From an uncultured Planctomycetota bacterium (lineage in GTDB: Bacteria; Planctomycetota; Planctomycetia; Isosphaerales; Isosphaeraceae), in the NCBI GenBank assembly GCA_963737655.1, contig CAVTTN010000002.1, positions 2,080,001 to 2,144,000 of the forward strand: a stretch of DNA of 64,000 bases, read 5' to 3'. A program made the translations under genes and the position numbers. Under the pieces are notes generated by a model. It had not been told where the DNA came from and searched no databases. It saw nothing but the letters and a program-made list of their open reading frames with translations. This document shows positions 47,359-57,106 of this stretch, in pieces (position 1 is the stretch's first letter; every line of letters starts with the position of its first letter).

Positions 47359-47386
47359 CCGCCAGGGGAACGGGACGAAACGGGGG

Positions 47387-49552
47387 TCATCGCGAGCGGC
47401 CGACCCACGACGCCAGGATCGGTTCGAACAGGATGAGGATCAGGAGGACCCACGCCAGCTCGTGCCAGAACTCGCGGCCGGTCGGGGCGAAGGCGTCGGT
47501 GCCGTCGCCTCGGGCGGCAGCCACCTCGACCTTGAGCGGGGCGAGCAGCCCCTTGAGCTCGGCCGAGGGGATGCGGGCCAGGTTGCTCTCGCGAGAGTCG
47601 GGATCGGAGGCAAAAAGATCTTGCTGGGTGCCCAGGGGCCCTTCGTCCCACGAGAGGTGGTACAGGCCGGCCTTGCGGGTGTCGGCCACGTCGATGGCCC
47701 AGGCGGGCAGGGGGTCGCCCGCCGCCTTCTCCTCGATCGAGGCCGCCGCCAGGGACTTGGGCTCGCCGCCGCCGGGCAGGGTCAGCTTGACGTTGCTCGG
47801 CTGGTGGCTGGAATGGATGATTCGTCTCGGGCGATCGCCGGCCGTGACGGTCTGCGCGAACGAGGTCGGCCGAGACGTGCCCCGGACGGCCTCGCGGATC
47901 GCCAGGACGAAGCTCGGCTCGACCGGCCAGTCATTGCCGGCGCGGTCGGCCGTGGTGGTCCAGAGCAAGACGCGGCCCTCGCCGACGACCCGCTCGACCA
48001 CGGCCGGAGACCGCGCCGGGTCGTTCCAGCGGGCCAGGACGCGGACCGCGTCGGAGTTCGCCGGAGGCTCCTCGACGGTCATGATCTGCCGGACCGGCAC
48101 GCGCTCCAGCGCGGTCGTCTTGAGTTCGAGCAGTTTCTCGATCGGCGACGGCCGGACGGGCTCGACGATCAGGCCGTGGAACGTCTCCTCGGCCTGGCTC
48201 TTCAGGGCGACGGGCAGGAGCGGCTCGCCCGTCCTCAGGAGGCGTTCGTTGTAGAGGCCCGGGTCGAGCCGTCCTCCGGTGAAGATCATGAGGCCGGTCC
48301 CTCCTCGGACGAGCTCGGCGAGCTTCCGGCTCTGCTCGAACGTCGGCGAGGCGACGTTGGCCAAAATCAGGACGTCGGCCGGCTCCAGGCGGGGGTTGAG
48401 GAAGTCCTCTTCCTGGACGACCTCGACCCGCCACGCCTCGGCGTCCCCCACGCCGATCGACAGCGGGGCCGCGAGGTAATCGACCTCCGAGCCGAACGGC
48501 TCGGACGACGGCTCGCCGTCGACCAGGCGGATCAGCAGGGAATCCTTGACCGGGACGGCCACCCACAGCTGGTTGTCGCCGGCGAGCTCGTCGTCGGGCA
48601 ATTGGAGAGACAGGTCATGCATCCCGGACGAGGGGAACCGCACGCTCAGCGGCACTCGGGCGACCTGTCGAGGCGCGATCTCGGGCAGGGGGATTTCGGT
48701 CGGACGGTCGTCGATGCGGAGGATCGCCTTCGCGCGGTTGAGGACGCGAGGCGAGTCGTTGCGGATCGTCGCCTCCCACTTCGTCTCGGCACCGGCGAGG
48801 ATCGTCCGATCGAGCGGCACGAGCGATTCGAGCGCAATATTGGCCGATTCGTCCGCGCCCACGTCGACGATCCGCACCCGGACCCCGCGCTCTTCGAGCC
48901 TCCGGGCGACGGCCGAGACGCTGGGGTCCCAGCCGCTCTTGCGGAGGTCGGTCACGATGGTCAGGCTCTTGGTGGGATAGGTGCAGGTCTGCAGAACCTC
49001 ATCGATCCCGGCCAGGACGGTCGGCCACGACGCATGGGTGTCGGTCATCGGCACGGCCAGGGCGTCGCTGGCGAGCTCCTCGCGGCGGGTGCCCTCGACC
49101 TCGTGGAAGATCGGCGTCCGGGGCGCGGAGGTGGCCACGAGCGTGCAGCGGTCCTGCGGCTTCGCCGCCGAGAGGACCGCGCCGGCGACCTCGCGGGCCC
49201 GGTGGAAGGCGGGGGGGCCTCCGGCGGTGTAGCCCATGCTCAGCGAATCATCGATCAGGACGACCTGGCTCGACCTCCCGCCGCCGACGAGCCACTTCTC
49301 CAGCCCCGTGGGGTTCAAGATCGGCCGGGCGAGGAAGAAGAAGAGGAGGACGGGCAGGGCGATCCGGAGCAAGAGCAGCAAGAACTGCTCGATCTGGATG
49401 CGTCGGCGATTCTTGCGGATCGTGAGCTTCAGCAGGCGCATCGGCGCCCATTCCACCCGGCGGAACCTCCGGCGGTTCAGCAGGTGGATCACGATGGGGA
49501 TCGACCCGAGCAAGGTGCCCCAGAGCAGGAGCGGGCTGAGGAGGCTGATCAT
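47387..49552 (-). CDS. BatA-domain (N-terminal double TM) vWA protein
   Basis: PIVIHLLNRRRFRRVEWAPMRLL...LLLLLRI...LARP; MIDAS LIDDSLSM; IVTDL; Ig-like and GATase-like regions; C-terminal TM. Confidence 0.9.
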   Translation of the reverse strand: MISLLSPLLLWGTLLGSIPIVIHLLNRRRFRRVEWAPMRLLKLTIRKNRRRIQIEQFLLLLLRIALPVLLFFFLARPILNPTGLEKWLVGGGRSSQVVLIDDSLSMGYTAGGPPAFHRAREVAGAVLSAAKPQDRCTLVATSAPRTPIFHEVEGTRREELASDALAVPMTDTHASWPTVLAGIDEVLQTCTYPTKSLTIVTDLRKSGWDPSVSAVARRLEERGVRVRIVDVGADESANIALESLVPLDRTILAGAETKWEATIRNDSPRVLNRAKAILRIDDRPTEIPLPEIAPRQVARVPLSVRFPSSGMHDLSLQLPDDELAGDNQLWVAVPVKDSLLIRLVDGEPSSEPFGSEVDYLAAPLSIGVGDAEAWRVEVVQEEDFLNPRLEPADVLILANVASPTFEQSRKLAELVRGGTGLMIFTGGRLDPGLYNERLLRTGEPLLPVALKSQAEETFHGLIVEPVRPSPIEKLLELKTTALERVPVRQIMTVEEPPANSDAVRVLARWNDPARSPAVVERVVGEGRVLLWTTTADRAGNDWPVEPSFVLAIREAVRGTSRPTSFAQTVTAGDRPRRIIHSSHQPSNVKLTLPGGGEPKSLAAASIEEKAAGDPLPAWAIDVADTRKAGLYHLSWDEGPLGTQQDLFASDPDSRESNLARIPSAELKGLLAPLKVEVAAARGDGTDAFAPTGREFWHELAWVLLILILFEPILASWVGRSR

Positions 49553-49555
49553 GGT

Positions 49556-50476
49556 TCAGGCCCGCCCCCCGGCGTGGTGGGCCGAGTCCTCGCGGGCCCG
49601 GAGGAACCGGGCGAGCGAGGCCCCGAGGGGCTCGTCGGTGAACAGGCGGACGTGGTCGTAGCCTCGGCCTCCGCATTCCTTCTGGATGCCGTCGAGGTAG
49701 TCGCGGATCGCGTCCTGATAGGCCCGGCGGAACCCCCCGGGCTCGGCGAACAGCTCCTCGTCCCCCTCGATGTCCTTGAAGACCGTCGGGCCGTCGAACG
49801 GCAGGTCGAGCTCGTCGCGGTCGAGCACCTGCAAGACCAGCACCTCGTGGCCGAGGAACCGGAGGCGGTTCAGGCCGTCGTACACCGGCTCCATGTCGGT
49901 GAACAGGTCCGAGACGATCACGAGGAACCCCCGGCGGCGGATGCGGTCCGTGAGAGTGCTCAGGAGGCCGCCGAGCTCGGTCTTGCGGGCCGGCGTGCAG
50001 TTCTCCAGGAGGCCGGTCATGACCGTGACCTGCGCCTGCTTCGCGCTGGGAGGCAGGACCGTCCCGGCCTCCTCGTCGAACAGGACCAGGCCGACGGGGT
50101 CCTGCTGCCGGGCCAGGAGCATGGCGAGCGTGACGACCAGCGTGGACGCGTAATCGAACTTGGTGAGCACGGCCCGCGAGCCCTTGTAGTTCATCGACGC
50201 GCTGGCGTCGAGGACGAAACTCACGCGGACGTTGCTTTCTTCTTCATATTGCTTGATGTAGTGGCGATCGGTCCGGGCGAAGACGCGCCAGTCCAGCCGG
50301 CGGAGGTCGTCGCCCGGTGCGTATTCGCGGAAGGCGGCGAACTCGACGTTGAAGCCGTGGAACGGGCTCCTGTGCTGCCCGCTGATCCCGCCCTCGGCCA
50401 GCCGCCGGGACCTCAGCGTGAGGTCGGCGATCCGGGCGATGGCGTCAGGATCGGAATACGCCCGCGAGGTCGGCAT
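49556..50476 (-). CDS. DUF58 domain protein
   Basis: [62 protein letters not shown]. Confidence 0.93.
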   Translation of the reverse strand: MPTSRAYSDPDAIARIADLTLRSRRLAEGGISGQHRSPFHGFNVEFAAFREYAPGDDLRRLDWRVFARTDRHYIKQYEEESNVRVSFVLDASASMNYKGSRAVLTKFDYASTLVVTLAMLLARQQDPVGLVLFDEEAGTVLPPSAKQAQVTVMTGLLENCTPARKTELGGLLSTLTDRIRRRGFLVIVSDLFTDMEPVYDGLNRLRFLGHEVLVLQVLDRDELDLPFDGPTVFKDIEGDEELFAEPGGFRRAYQDAIRDYLDGIQKECGGRGYDHVRLFTDEPLGASLARFLRAREDSAHHAGGRA

Positions 50477-51500
50477 CGGCGGCCCCCTTCCTGACCGGGA
50501 TGTCGTCCAGGAGCCGGCCGATGATCGAGTCGCTCGACTCGCCGGCGGCCTGGGCGTTGTAGTTCAGGACCACGCGATGGCGGAGGACCGGCCGGGCGAC
50601 CTTCTGGATGTCGTCCACCGAGACGCTCGGCCGACCGGCCAGCGCGGCCTTGGCCTTGGCGGCGAGGATCAACGATTGGCCGGCGCGGGGGCCGGCGCCC
50701 CAGGAGACCCAGTCGCGGATGTACTTCGGCGTGTCGTCGTCCTCGCCCCGGGTCGAGCGGACGAGGTCCATCGCGTAGTCGATGCAGTAGTCCGACACCG
50801 GCACCCGGCGGATCATCTTCTGGAGGGCCGCGATCCGCTCGCCGGTGATCAACGGGGTGATCTCCTGCTGGTCGGCGCCGGTGGTCAGCCGATAGATCTT
50901 CCGCTCTTCATCCTTGGTCGGGTAGCGGATGAAGATCTTGAAGAGGAAGCGGTCGAGCTGGGCCTCGGGCAGGGGATACGTCCCTTCCTGCTCGATCGGG
51001 TTCTGGGTGGCGAGGACGAAGAACGGGTCCGGGAGCTTGTGGCGGTGGCCGCCGGCGGTCACCTGCCTCTCCTGCATGGCTTCGAGGAGGGCGGCCTGGG
51101 TCTTCGGCGGGGTCCGGTTGATCTCGTCGGCCAGGACGAGGTTGGCGAACAACGGGCCGGGGACGAACCGGAGCTCGCGGGCCCCGGAGGCGCGGTCCTC
51201 GTACAGGACCTCCGTGCCGGTGATGTCCGAGGGCATCAGGTCGGGCGTGAACTGGATGCGGTTGAAGTCCAGGGAGAGCGACTGCGCCAGGGAGTGGACC
51301 ATCAGCGTCTTGGCCAGCCCGGGCACCCCTTCGAGGATGCAGTGCCCTCGGGCGAAGACGGCGATCAGGAGCTGATCGACGACCTCATCCTGGCCGATGA
51401 TCTGCCGGGCGATCTGCTCGCGGATCTGGGCGTGGACCGAGCGGAGCTCGTCCAGCTCGGCCACGTCGGGCTCGGCGGCCTTCGTCATCGTGAGGCTCAA
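50445..51500 (-). CDS. moxR: MoxR-family AAA+ ATPase
   Basis: [68 protein letters not shown]; start may be the ATG at 51488. Confidence 0.95.
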   Translation of the reverse strand: MSLTMTKAAEPDVAELDELRSVHAQIREQIARQIIGQDEVVDQLLIAVFARGHCILEGVPGLAKTLMVHSLAQSLSLDFNRIQFTPDLMPSDITGTEVLYEDRASGARELRFVPGPLFANLVLADEINRTPPKTQAALLEAMQERQVTAGGHRHKLPDPFFVLATQNPIEQEGTYPLPEAQLDRFLFKIFIRYPTKDEERKIYRLTTGADQQEITPLITGERIAALQKMIRRVPVSDYCIDYAMDLVRSTRGEDDDTPKYIRDWVSWGAGPRAGQSLILAAKAKAALAGRPSVSVDDIQKVARPVLRHRVVLNYNAQAAGESSDSIIGRLLDDIPVRKGAADADLAGVFRS

Positions 51501-51540
51501 CGTCGCGTCCTCGTCTCGGGCCTGGAGATGCGGAAAAGAA

Positions 51541-52620
51541 TCAGCGCTGGAACACGGGGAGATACTTGTACGGCAGCTGGAGGATGATCGCGGCGATGGC
51601 CGTCCCGTAGACCTGGCCGATGCCGTCGCCGGACCACGAGCCGTCGGGGCCTTGCAGGGCGATCAGTTGGTCGCGGGTCTTGGGGAAGTAGGCATCCCAG
51701 TAGGTGTCCCCGGCCATGTAGAAGCCCTGGGAGGCGTAGAGGTGGGTGTAATAGTCGTGCCCGCCCCCCTTGCTCCAGCCGTCGCTGGCGCGGAACTGGT
51801 CCCAGACGTACTTGAGGCAATCGGTGGCGATCGGGCTGTCGAACTGGCCGGCGTTGTACAGCGTGGCCACGGCGGCGGCGGAGATCGGCAGCCTCGGGCC
51901 GCCTCCGGAGCCGAGCGAGTACATGATCCCGCCCTCGGCCGTCCGGCACTTGTCCAGGTAGCCGGCGGCGGAGTCGATGGTGGCCCGGGGGACGAGGAAC
52001 CCGGCGTTCTGGCAGGCCCGGAGCGCCTGGACCTGCGTGACCGTGACCGATCCTTCGTCGCCGGTGCCGGGGGTATACGTCCAGCCGCCGTCGCTGCTCT
52101 GGCCCTGGCTGGTGAGGGTCACGGCCTTGCGGACGGCGTCCCCCACCTGCTTCCTCAGGCTGGCCTTGGTGACCATCCCGTAGACCGAGGCCAGGAACAT
52201 CAGGGCGAAGCCGTGGCCGTGCATCGGCATCCCGCTGTCCTGACCGGGCCCGGTGATCAGGCCCGTCGGCGTGGTGCAGCGGACGAGGAATTCCACCACC
52301 CCCTGGACGTTCTTCGAATACTTGCCCCGCGTGGGCGAGTTCCCATGGGCCAGGAACGCCGTCCCGCCCAGGCCGGCCATCGCCACGGGGTAGGCTTGCC
52401 CCCCGCCGGCGATCCAGGAGCCGTCGTCCGATTGCGCGGTGGCGAGGTAGTCGAGACCCTTGAGGACGGAGCGCTGGGCCTCGGGCGTGACGTGCTTCGG
52501 GAGGACTTCCTTGCTGTCCTGAGCCCAAGCCGGACGGGACCCGGGCGACCCGAACAGCCCCGCCCCGGCGACCCCGAGGCCGCACCGCGTCAGGAACCCG
52601 CGGCGATTCGAGCGACTCAT
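51541..52620 (-). CDS. Tat-exported prenyltransferase/squalene-cyclase repeat (alpha/alpha toroid) protein
   Basis: Tat motif NRRGFL; QW-like repeats QSDDGSW, QSSDGGW, QGPDGSW; C-terminal [11 protein letters not shown]. Confidence 0.88.
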   Translation of the reverse strand: MSRSNRRGFLTRCGLGVAGAGLFGSPGSRPAWAQDSKEVLPKHVTPEAQRSVLKGLDYLATAQSDDGSWIAGGGQAYPVAMAGLGGTAFLAHGNSPTRGKYSKNVQGVVEFLVRCTTPTGLITGPGQDSGMPMHGHGFALMFLASVYGMVTKASLRKQVGDAVRKAVTLTSQGQSSDGGWTYTPGTGDEGSVTVTQVQALRACQNAGFLVPRATIDSAAGYLDKCRTAEGGIMYSLGSGGGPRLPISAAAVATLYNAGQFDSPIATDCLKYVWDQFRASDGWSKGGGHDYYTHLYASQGFYMAGDTYWDAYFPKTRDQLIALQGPDGSWSGDGIGQVYGTAIAAIILQLPYKYLPVFQR

Positions 52621-53507
52621 TTGCCACCGCCTTGCCGATCGGCCTTGGCGGCGCCGGCCAGGTCGAAGCGGACCTGGATCTCCACCCTCACGGGGATCTC
52701 CTGGAACTTGGCGGCTTCCAGCCGCTTGCGGGGCATCTCCTCGTCCCCCTGATTCATGTTGAACTCGTAGATCGTGACGCCCGAACCCTGCGTCTTCTCG
52801 CCGGGGACGAGGGCCTCGCGGACGCCCGCCACCGGCCCGAGCGTCACTCCGCTGAGCCGGGCGATCCTCTCGGCGCGTTTCCTGGCGTCGGCGATGGCGG
52901 CCTCATACGCCTTGTCCTGGAGGGCGTCGAAGTCGTCGAGGATGAAGCGGACGAGGCCGTTGCTGCCTCCTCCGCCGCGATAGTAGTAATAGGGCATCAT
53001 GTTGTCGCCGCCGCCGAGCTTGCCGCCGGCGTCCTGGGCGACGTCCAGGAGCTTGGCGACGAGCTGGAGGAGCGCCTCCTCGTCGAGGTCCCGGATGCCC
53101 GAGCAGGCCACGACGAGCTTCCTCTTGAGCTGGACCTCGACCTTCCCCTTGCGGGCCGGCGGCGTGTCCATGTAGTAGGGGTTGTACGCCTGCCCTTTTT
53201 GATCGACGCCCAGGGCCTTCTCCTCGACGGTCACGTTCGGCATCTTCAACGCGGAGAAGGCTTCCTGGAGCCGTTTCTTGGCGTCTCGATACTTGACGAT
53301 CACGTCGGAGGAGATCTCCGAGGCGGCGGAGACTTCCAGGTCGATCTCCAGGCGGTTCGGGCGGGCGCCGACGACGCCCTTGCCCATGACCGTGAGCCCT
53401 TCGAGGTTCGGCCCGGTGCCCGAACCGGCCGTCTGGGCCTTCGCGGGCCCGTCCAGGGCGAACAAGGCCAGGGCCAGGGCGCCGACTCGAATCGTCCACC
53501 TAGTCAT
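52617..53507 (-). CDS. SIMPL (DUF541/BP26-like) domain protein
   Basis: Signal peptide; LTVMGKGVVGARPN...AYEAAIADARKRAERIARLSGVTLGPV...VRVEIQVRFDL. Confidence 0.8.
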   Translation of the reverse strand: MTRWTIRVGALALALFALDGPAKAQTAGSGTGPNLEGLTVMGKGVVGARPNRLEIDLEVSAASEISSDVIVKYRDAKKRLQEAFSALKMPNVTVEEKALGVDQKGQAYNPYYMDTPPARKGKVEVQLKRKLVVACSGIRDLDEEALLQLVAKLLDVAQDAGGKLGGGDNMMPYYYYRGGGGSNGLVRFILDDFDALQDKAYEAAIADARKRAERIARLSGVTLGPVAGVREALVPGEKTQGSGVTIYEFNMNQGDEEMPRKRLEAAKFQEIPVRVEIQVRFDLAGAAKADRQGGGK

Positions 53508-55607
53508 CCGAACCCCCCGTCTTTGGTGCCGCCGCGGCGCGGGCCGCCTTCTCGCCGCCGGCCGACCCCCGAGGGTAGGCCGAGATGGTCCGGTTGCTGA
53601 TCGCGAGCAGGAGGCGATCGGTCAGGAGAAGATCGCCGCCCGCCGCCCCGGCGTCGTCTCCTCGGAAGATCCGCCGGACGTGTCCGGACTTCGGATCGAC
53701 CTCGAAGATCCCCCGAGGCGTGAGCTGCCAGATCCCCTCGGGACGCGCCAGGACCGCGCCATCCTCGCTCCCGGCCGGCAGGGGCGTGGCCCACAGGAGG
53801 CTGCGGCCCTTGAGGTCCAGGGCCGCGAGCTCGGGGCCCCCGAGGTAGATCCGCTCGGAGTCGGCCCCGAGGAGCCGGGCCGACTTGGCGATCGGCCGTT
53901 CCCAGAGGATCTTCATCCGGTCCGGGTCGATCGCGCAGATCCGATCGGACTTCGCCCCCTTGACCAGCAAGGCGTCGCCGATCAGCAGGGGGCGCTCTGC
54001 GTCGAGGAGGAGGACTGCTGAGTCAGGAACCCGTTGATGATGATGAACCGGCCCATCTGGCCCTGGACGGGCTCGGTCGGGTAGCCATAACCCCAGTCCA
54101 GGACGCCCGATTCGGCATCGACCCGGGCGAGGATGCCATTCTGCGTGTCCACGAACACCGAGCCGGCGCGATACGCCAGCCTCGGCGTCGGGGAATTGTC
54201 GCTCATCCCGTAGTAGTAGTAGCGCTGGCCCTCGCGGAACATCCCGACGTCCGCCTTCCACAGGACCTTGCCATCGTGGGGGCGGATGGCCAGGAGGACC
54301 TGCCGGGGGGTGTTGTCCTGGCCGTTGTTGTTCGAGGTCTTGCCGGCGACGAACAGGGTCCCCCGCGCCATCAGCGGGTCGCCCATCAGGTCGATCCCGG
54401 AGTATTCGGGCAACTCGGTCGATTCCCAGACGACCTCGCCGTTCTCGGCCCTCCGGCAGACGAGCTTCGGGCCCGCCATCATGGAGTTCGGGTCCTTCAC
54501 GTCCCGGCCCAGGCTCCAGACGAAGCCGGGGGCGGCGAGGATCGCGAACTTCTTCGGGTCGATCATCTGCATGTTGCCCTGCATGCCGGCCAGTTCCAGG
54601 TTGTGGAACGAGGCCGACCTCCAGAGCATCTTGCCGGTGTCCTGGTCCACGGCGAAGACGTGGCCGAGGTAGTTGACGAACAGGGTCGTCCCCTGGATGG
54701 CCACCGAGGGCACGGCCCCGCTCAGGGCGGAGGCGTCCCACTGGGTCAGTTCGATCGGGGTCATCCCGGCCGTGACCGAGTCGCCGAATCGGACCTGCCA
54801 GGCCGTGGAGACGGTCCCGGAGAGCGCCGGCGGGGGCCCCTCGGCCGAGGCCGAGCCGGGATCGGTGGCCTCCGCCGGCCCGAAGCTGCCCGGCAGGCCC
54901 TTCAGGTGCTCGGCGACCTTCGCCTTCTTCCCTCCGATCGAGACGACCTCCTCGCCCAGCCGGTCGGCCGTCTCGGAGCGAAGCGACTCGAGCTCGGACC
55001 TCCGGCCGGCGCGGCTCAGGGCGAGGGCGGCCTTGACCGTCAGCACGGCGGGGGGGATTTCCGAGTCGGGCCGTTCGCGGAGGATGGCCAGCCAGCAATC
55101 GGCGGCGCGGTCGAAGTCCCCCTGCTCGAAATACAGGTCGCCCAGGCGGTCGGCCGCGTCGTCGCCGACGGAGGTGAGGAAATAGGACGAGTAGAGCCGT
55201 TCCAGGGCGGCTTGCTCGCCGGGCCCTTCGGCGCCGTCGAGGATTTTTTTCGCCTCGGAGTCGTAGAACAGGCGATAGGCGGCCTGGCCCTCGGGCGACA
55301 ACCCGGCGAGGACCTCCCGCCGTTTCCGCGCCACGGAGATGATGAAGCCGTCCCGGCCGTCGACGAACCGGGCGGCCTGGGCCTCGGGGATCGTGTAGAG
55401 GGCCTTGGTCGCGCGCTCCCAGGCCCCTCGGCGGGCGAACCTCTCGAAGTCGTCGAACGCCTCCTTGGTCTCGCTCGATGCCGGGGGCATCTGCAAGGGG
55501 CGGTCCGGCCGATCGTTCGAGACCTTCTGGGAATCCTCGTCCTCATCGGCCCGAGCCGCGGCGGCCGGCGCCGAGAGCAGGATGGCCAGGATCGCTAGGC
55601 GAATCAC
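53500..55607 (-). CDS. BamB-like / PQQ-type beta-propeller repeat protein with N-terminal TPR-like region (frameshift at G5 run 53988-53992)
   Basis: Signal peptide from GTG 55607; AVDQDTGKMLW, AENGEVVW, PHDGKVLW, VDAESGVLDW repeats; the first frame stops at 53982 and the repeats continue in another frame to 53500. Confidence 0.85.
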
Positions 55608-55705
55608 GACGGCATGGCCCCCGATGGATGGAAGGTCACAACCACCCCGCCCCCGCCGCCCTCCCGATCGGATTTGTCGGGCCGTCGGCTCGCGGAGTGA
55701 CAACA

Positions 55706-55735
55706 GTCATACTCGGTCGGCTGGTGGTCTTGCAA
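55706..55735 (-). promoter_or_regulatory. possible sigma70-like promoter of the MoxR/vWA operon
   Basis: Minus strand TTGCAA-N18-TATGAC in a locally AT-rich divergent intergenic region. Confidence 0.3.
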
Positions 55736-56014
55736 ACTAATTCTCTCAAACTTCGACGCGAGTCGGAAAATCGCGGCCGCCCTGCCGATATCCCCTCCGA
55801 AAAGTCCGGGCAAGATCGCCCTCAAACGCCTCGCCGGCGAGGAACGATCGTCCCCCGGCCCGGTCCCTGGGAGGCCCCGGCGACTCCCTGGCGAGGCGAC
55901 GACCCCGGGGGCGACGGGGAAGGGCGGCTCATTCCCGGAGAATCCTCGGGCCGATACAAGCCCCGTCCGCCCTCGGCTCGCGAGGGCCTCCCGGACGCGA
56001 TCCCCGGAGTCCCC

Positions 56015-57085
56015 ATGTCCCTCGGCCCTCGCCTGGCGCTGGCGCTCGTCCTGGCGATGCCGACGGCCTCGGCGATCGGCCAGGACTCGGCCGAGACGGG
56101 CCCACCCGACCGGGACGCTTCGGGGCGGCCCGCCGACCCGGGCGCCGAGGATCGCGATCGGCCGGTGCCGCTCGATCGGTTCTTCCGCGCGATCGACCCG
56201 GCTCGCGTCCAGAGGGCCCTGGACCGCATCCTCGGGTTCGACACCGGCGATCGCTCCGATCGGCCCGAGGCCCCCGAGATCGGCGAGCCGGTCTTCTTCG
56301 ACAACGTCCGGCCCCTGGGCGACCGGAAATATGCCAACGAGTTCAACTACCTGCTCAATGCCTCGACCAGGAACTCCCCGACCCTCCAGGTCCTCGAATA
56401 CGAATACGTGCTCTCGGACTGGAACGCCGTCGAGCTGGACCTCTCCTATTTCAACGGCAACCTCCAGCTCCTCACGCCGTTCTACCAGAGGACGCTGGGC
56501 GTGGGCCGGGACCGCAACTGGGTCCACGGCGTCCAGCTCTCGCCCGACATCTACCTCCGCAGTCATTTCCTCGGCGGATCGGCGGTCTACATGCTCGGCT
56601 GGAAGCCCCGGGAGGATTCGAAGTTCAGCACCCTGACGTTCCTCGGCGCCAACCGGGCCCTGATCGGCGGGTTCGCCCCTCCCGGAGTCCGGGGGCCGGT
56701 CGCGTCGGGCCTCGCGACCCTCCGCCGCCCCGACGACGAGCCGACCTTCGGCGCGTGGCGGCCGACCGTCAACGTCAACCTCTTCTACCAGATCACCGAG
56801 AAGGTCACCCTCGGCATCGAGAACGACCTGTTCATCCACCCAGGCAAGGCCGGCGAATACCTGAGCTTCCCGTTCCTGACCTACAAGCCCGGCGGGCACG
56901 CCTTCTTCCAGGTCGGCGGCGGCTACTATCGGTTCGAATCGGTCGACCAGTTCACGGTCTTCGCCCACCTGAACTTCGTGAACGACTCGCCAAGAAAGGC
57001 CAGGGACCGCGACGACGATCGCCCTCGCGAGGAATCGGGCGGGCCGATCCATCGTTGCCTGGACCGGCTCCTGGGCGATCGATAG
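56015..57085 (+). CDS. exported hypothetical protein, possibly an outer-membrane beta-barrel
   Basis: Signal peptide; alternating aromatic beta-strand patterns (LEYEYVL, AVELDL, VNVNLFY, TLGIENDL, FFQVGGGY). Confidence 0.65.
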   Translation: MSLGPRLALALVLAMPTASAIGQDSAETGPPDRDASGRPADPGAEDRDRPVPLDRFFRAIDPARVQRALDRILGFDTGDRSDRPEAPEIGEPVFFDNVRPLGDRKYANEFNYLLNASTRNSPTLQVLEYEYVLSDWNAVELDLSYFNGNLQLLTPFYQRTLGVGRDRNWVHGVQLSPDIYLRSHFLGGSAVYMLGWKPREDSKFSTLTFLGANRALIGGFAPPGVRGPVASGLATLRRPDDEPTFGAWRPTVNVNLFYQITEKVTLGIENDLFIHPGKAGEYLSFPFLTYKPGGHAFFQVGGGYYRFESVDQFTVFAHLNFVNDSPRKARDRDDDRPREESGGPIHRCLDRLLGDR

Positions 57086-57106
57086 GCTCGGGTCGCTCCG
57101 CCGAGA

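Noticed and set aside
51541..52620. Squalene-hopene cyclase / terpene biosynthetic cluster
   Set aside because: Single short domain, Tat-exported, no DXDD motif and no isoprenoid genes nearby
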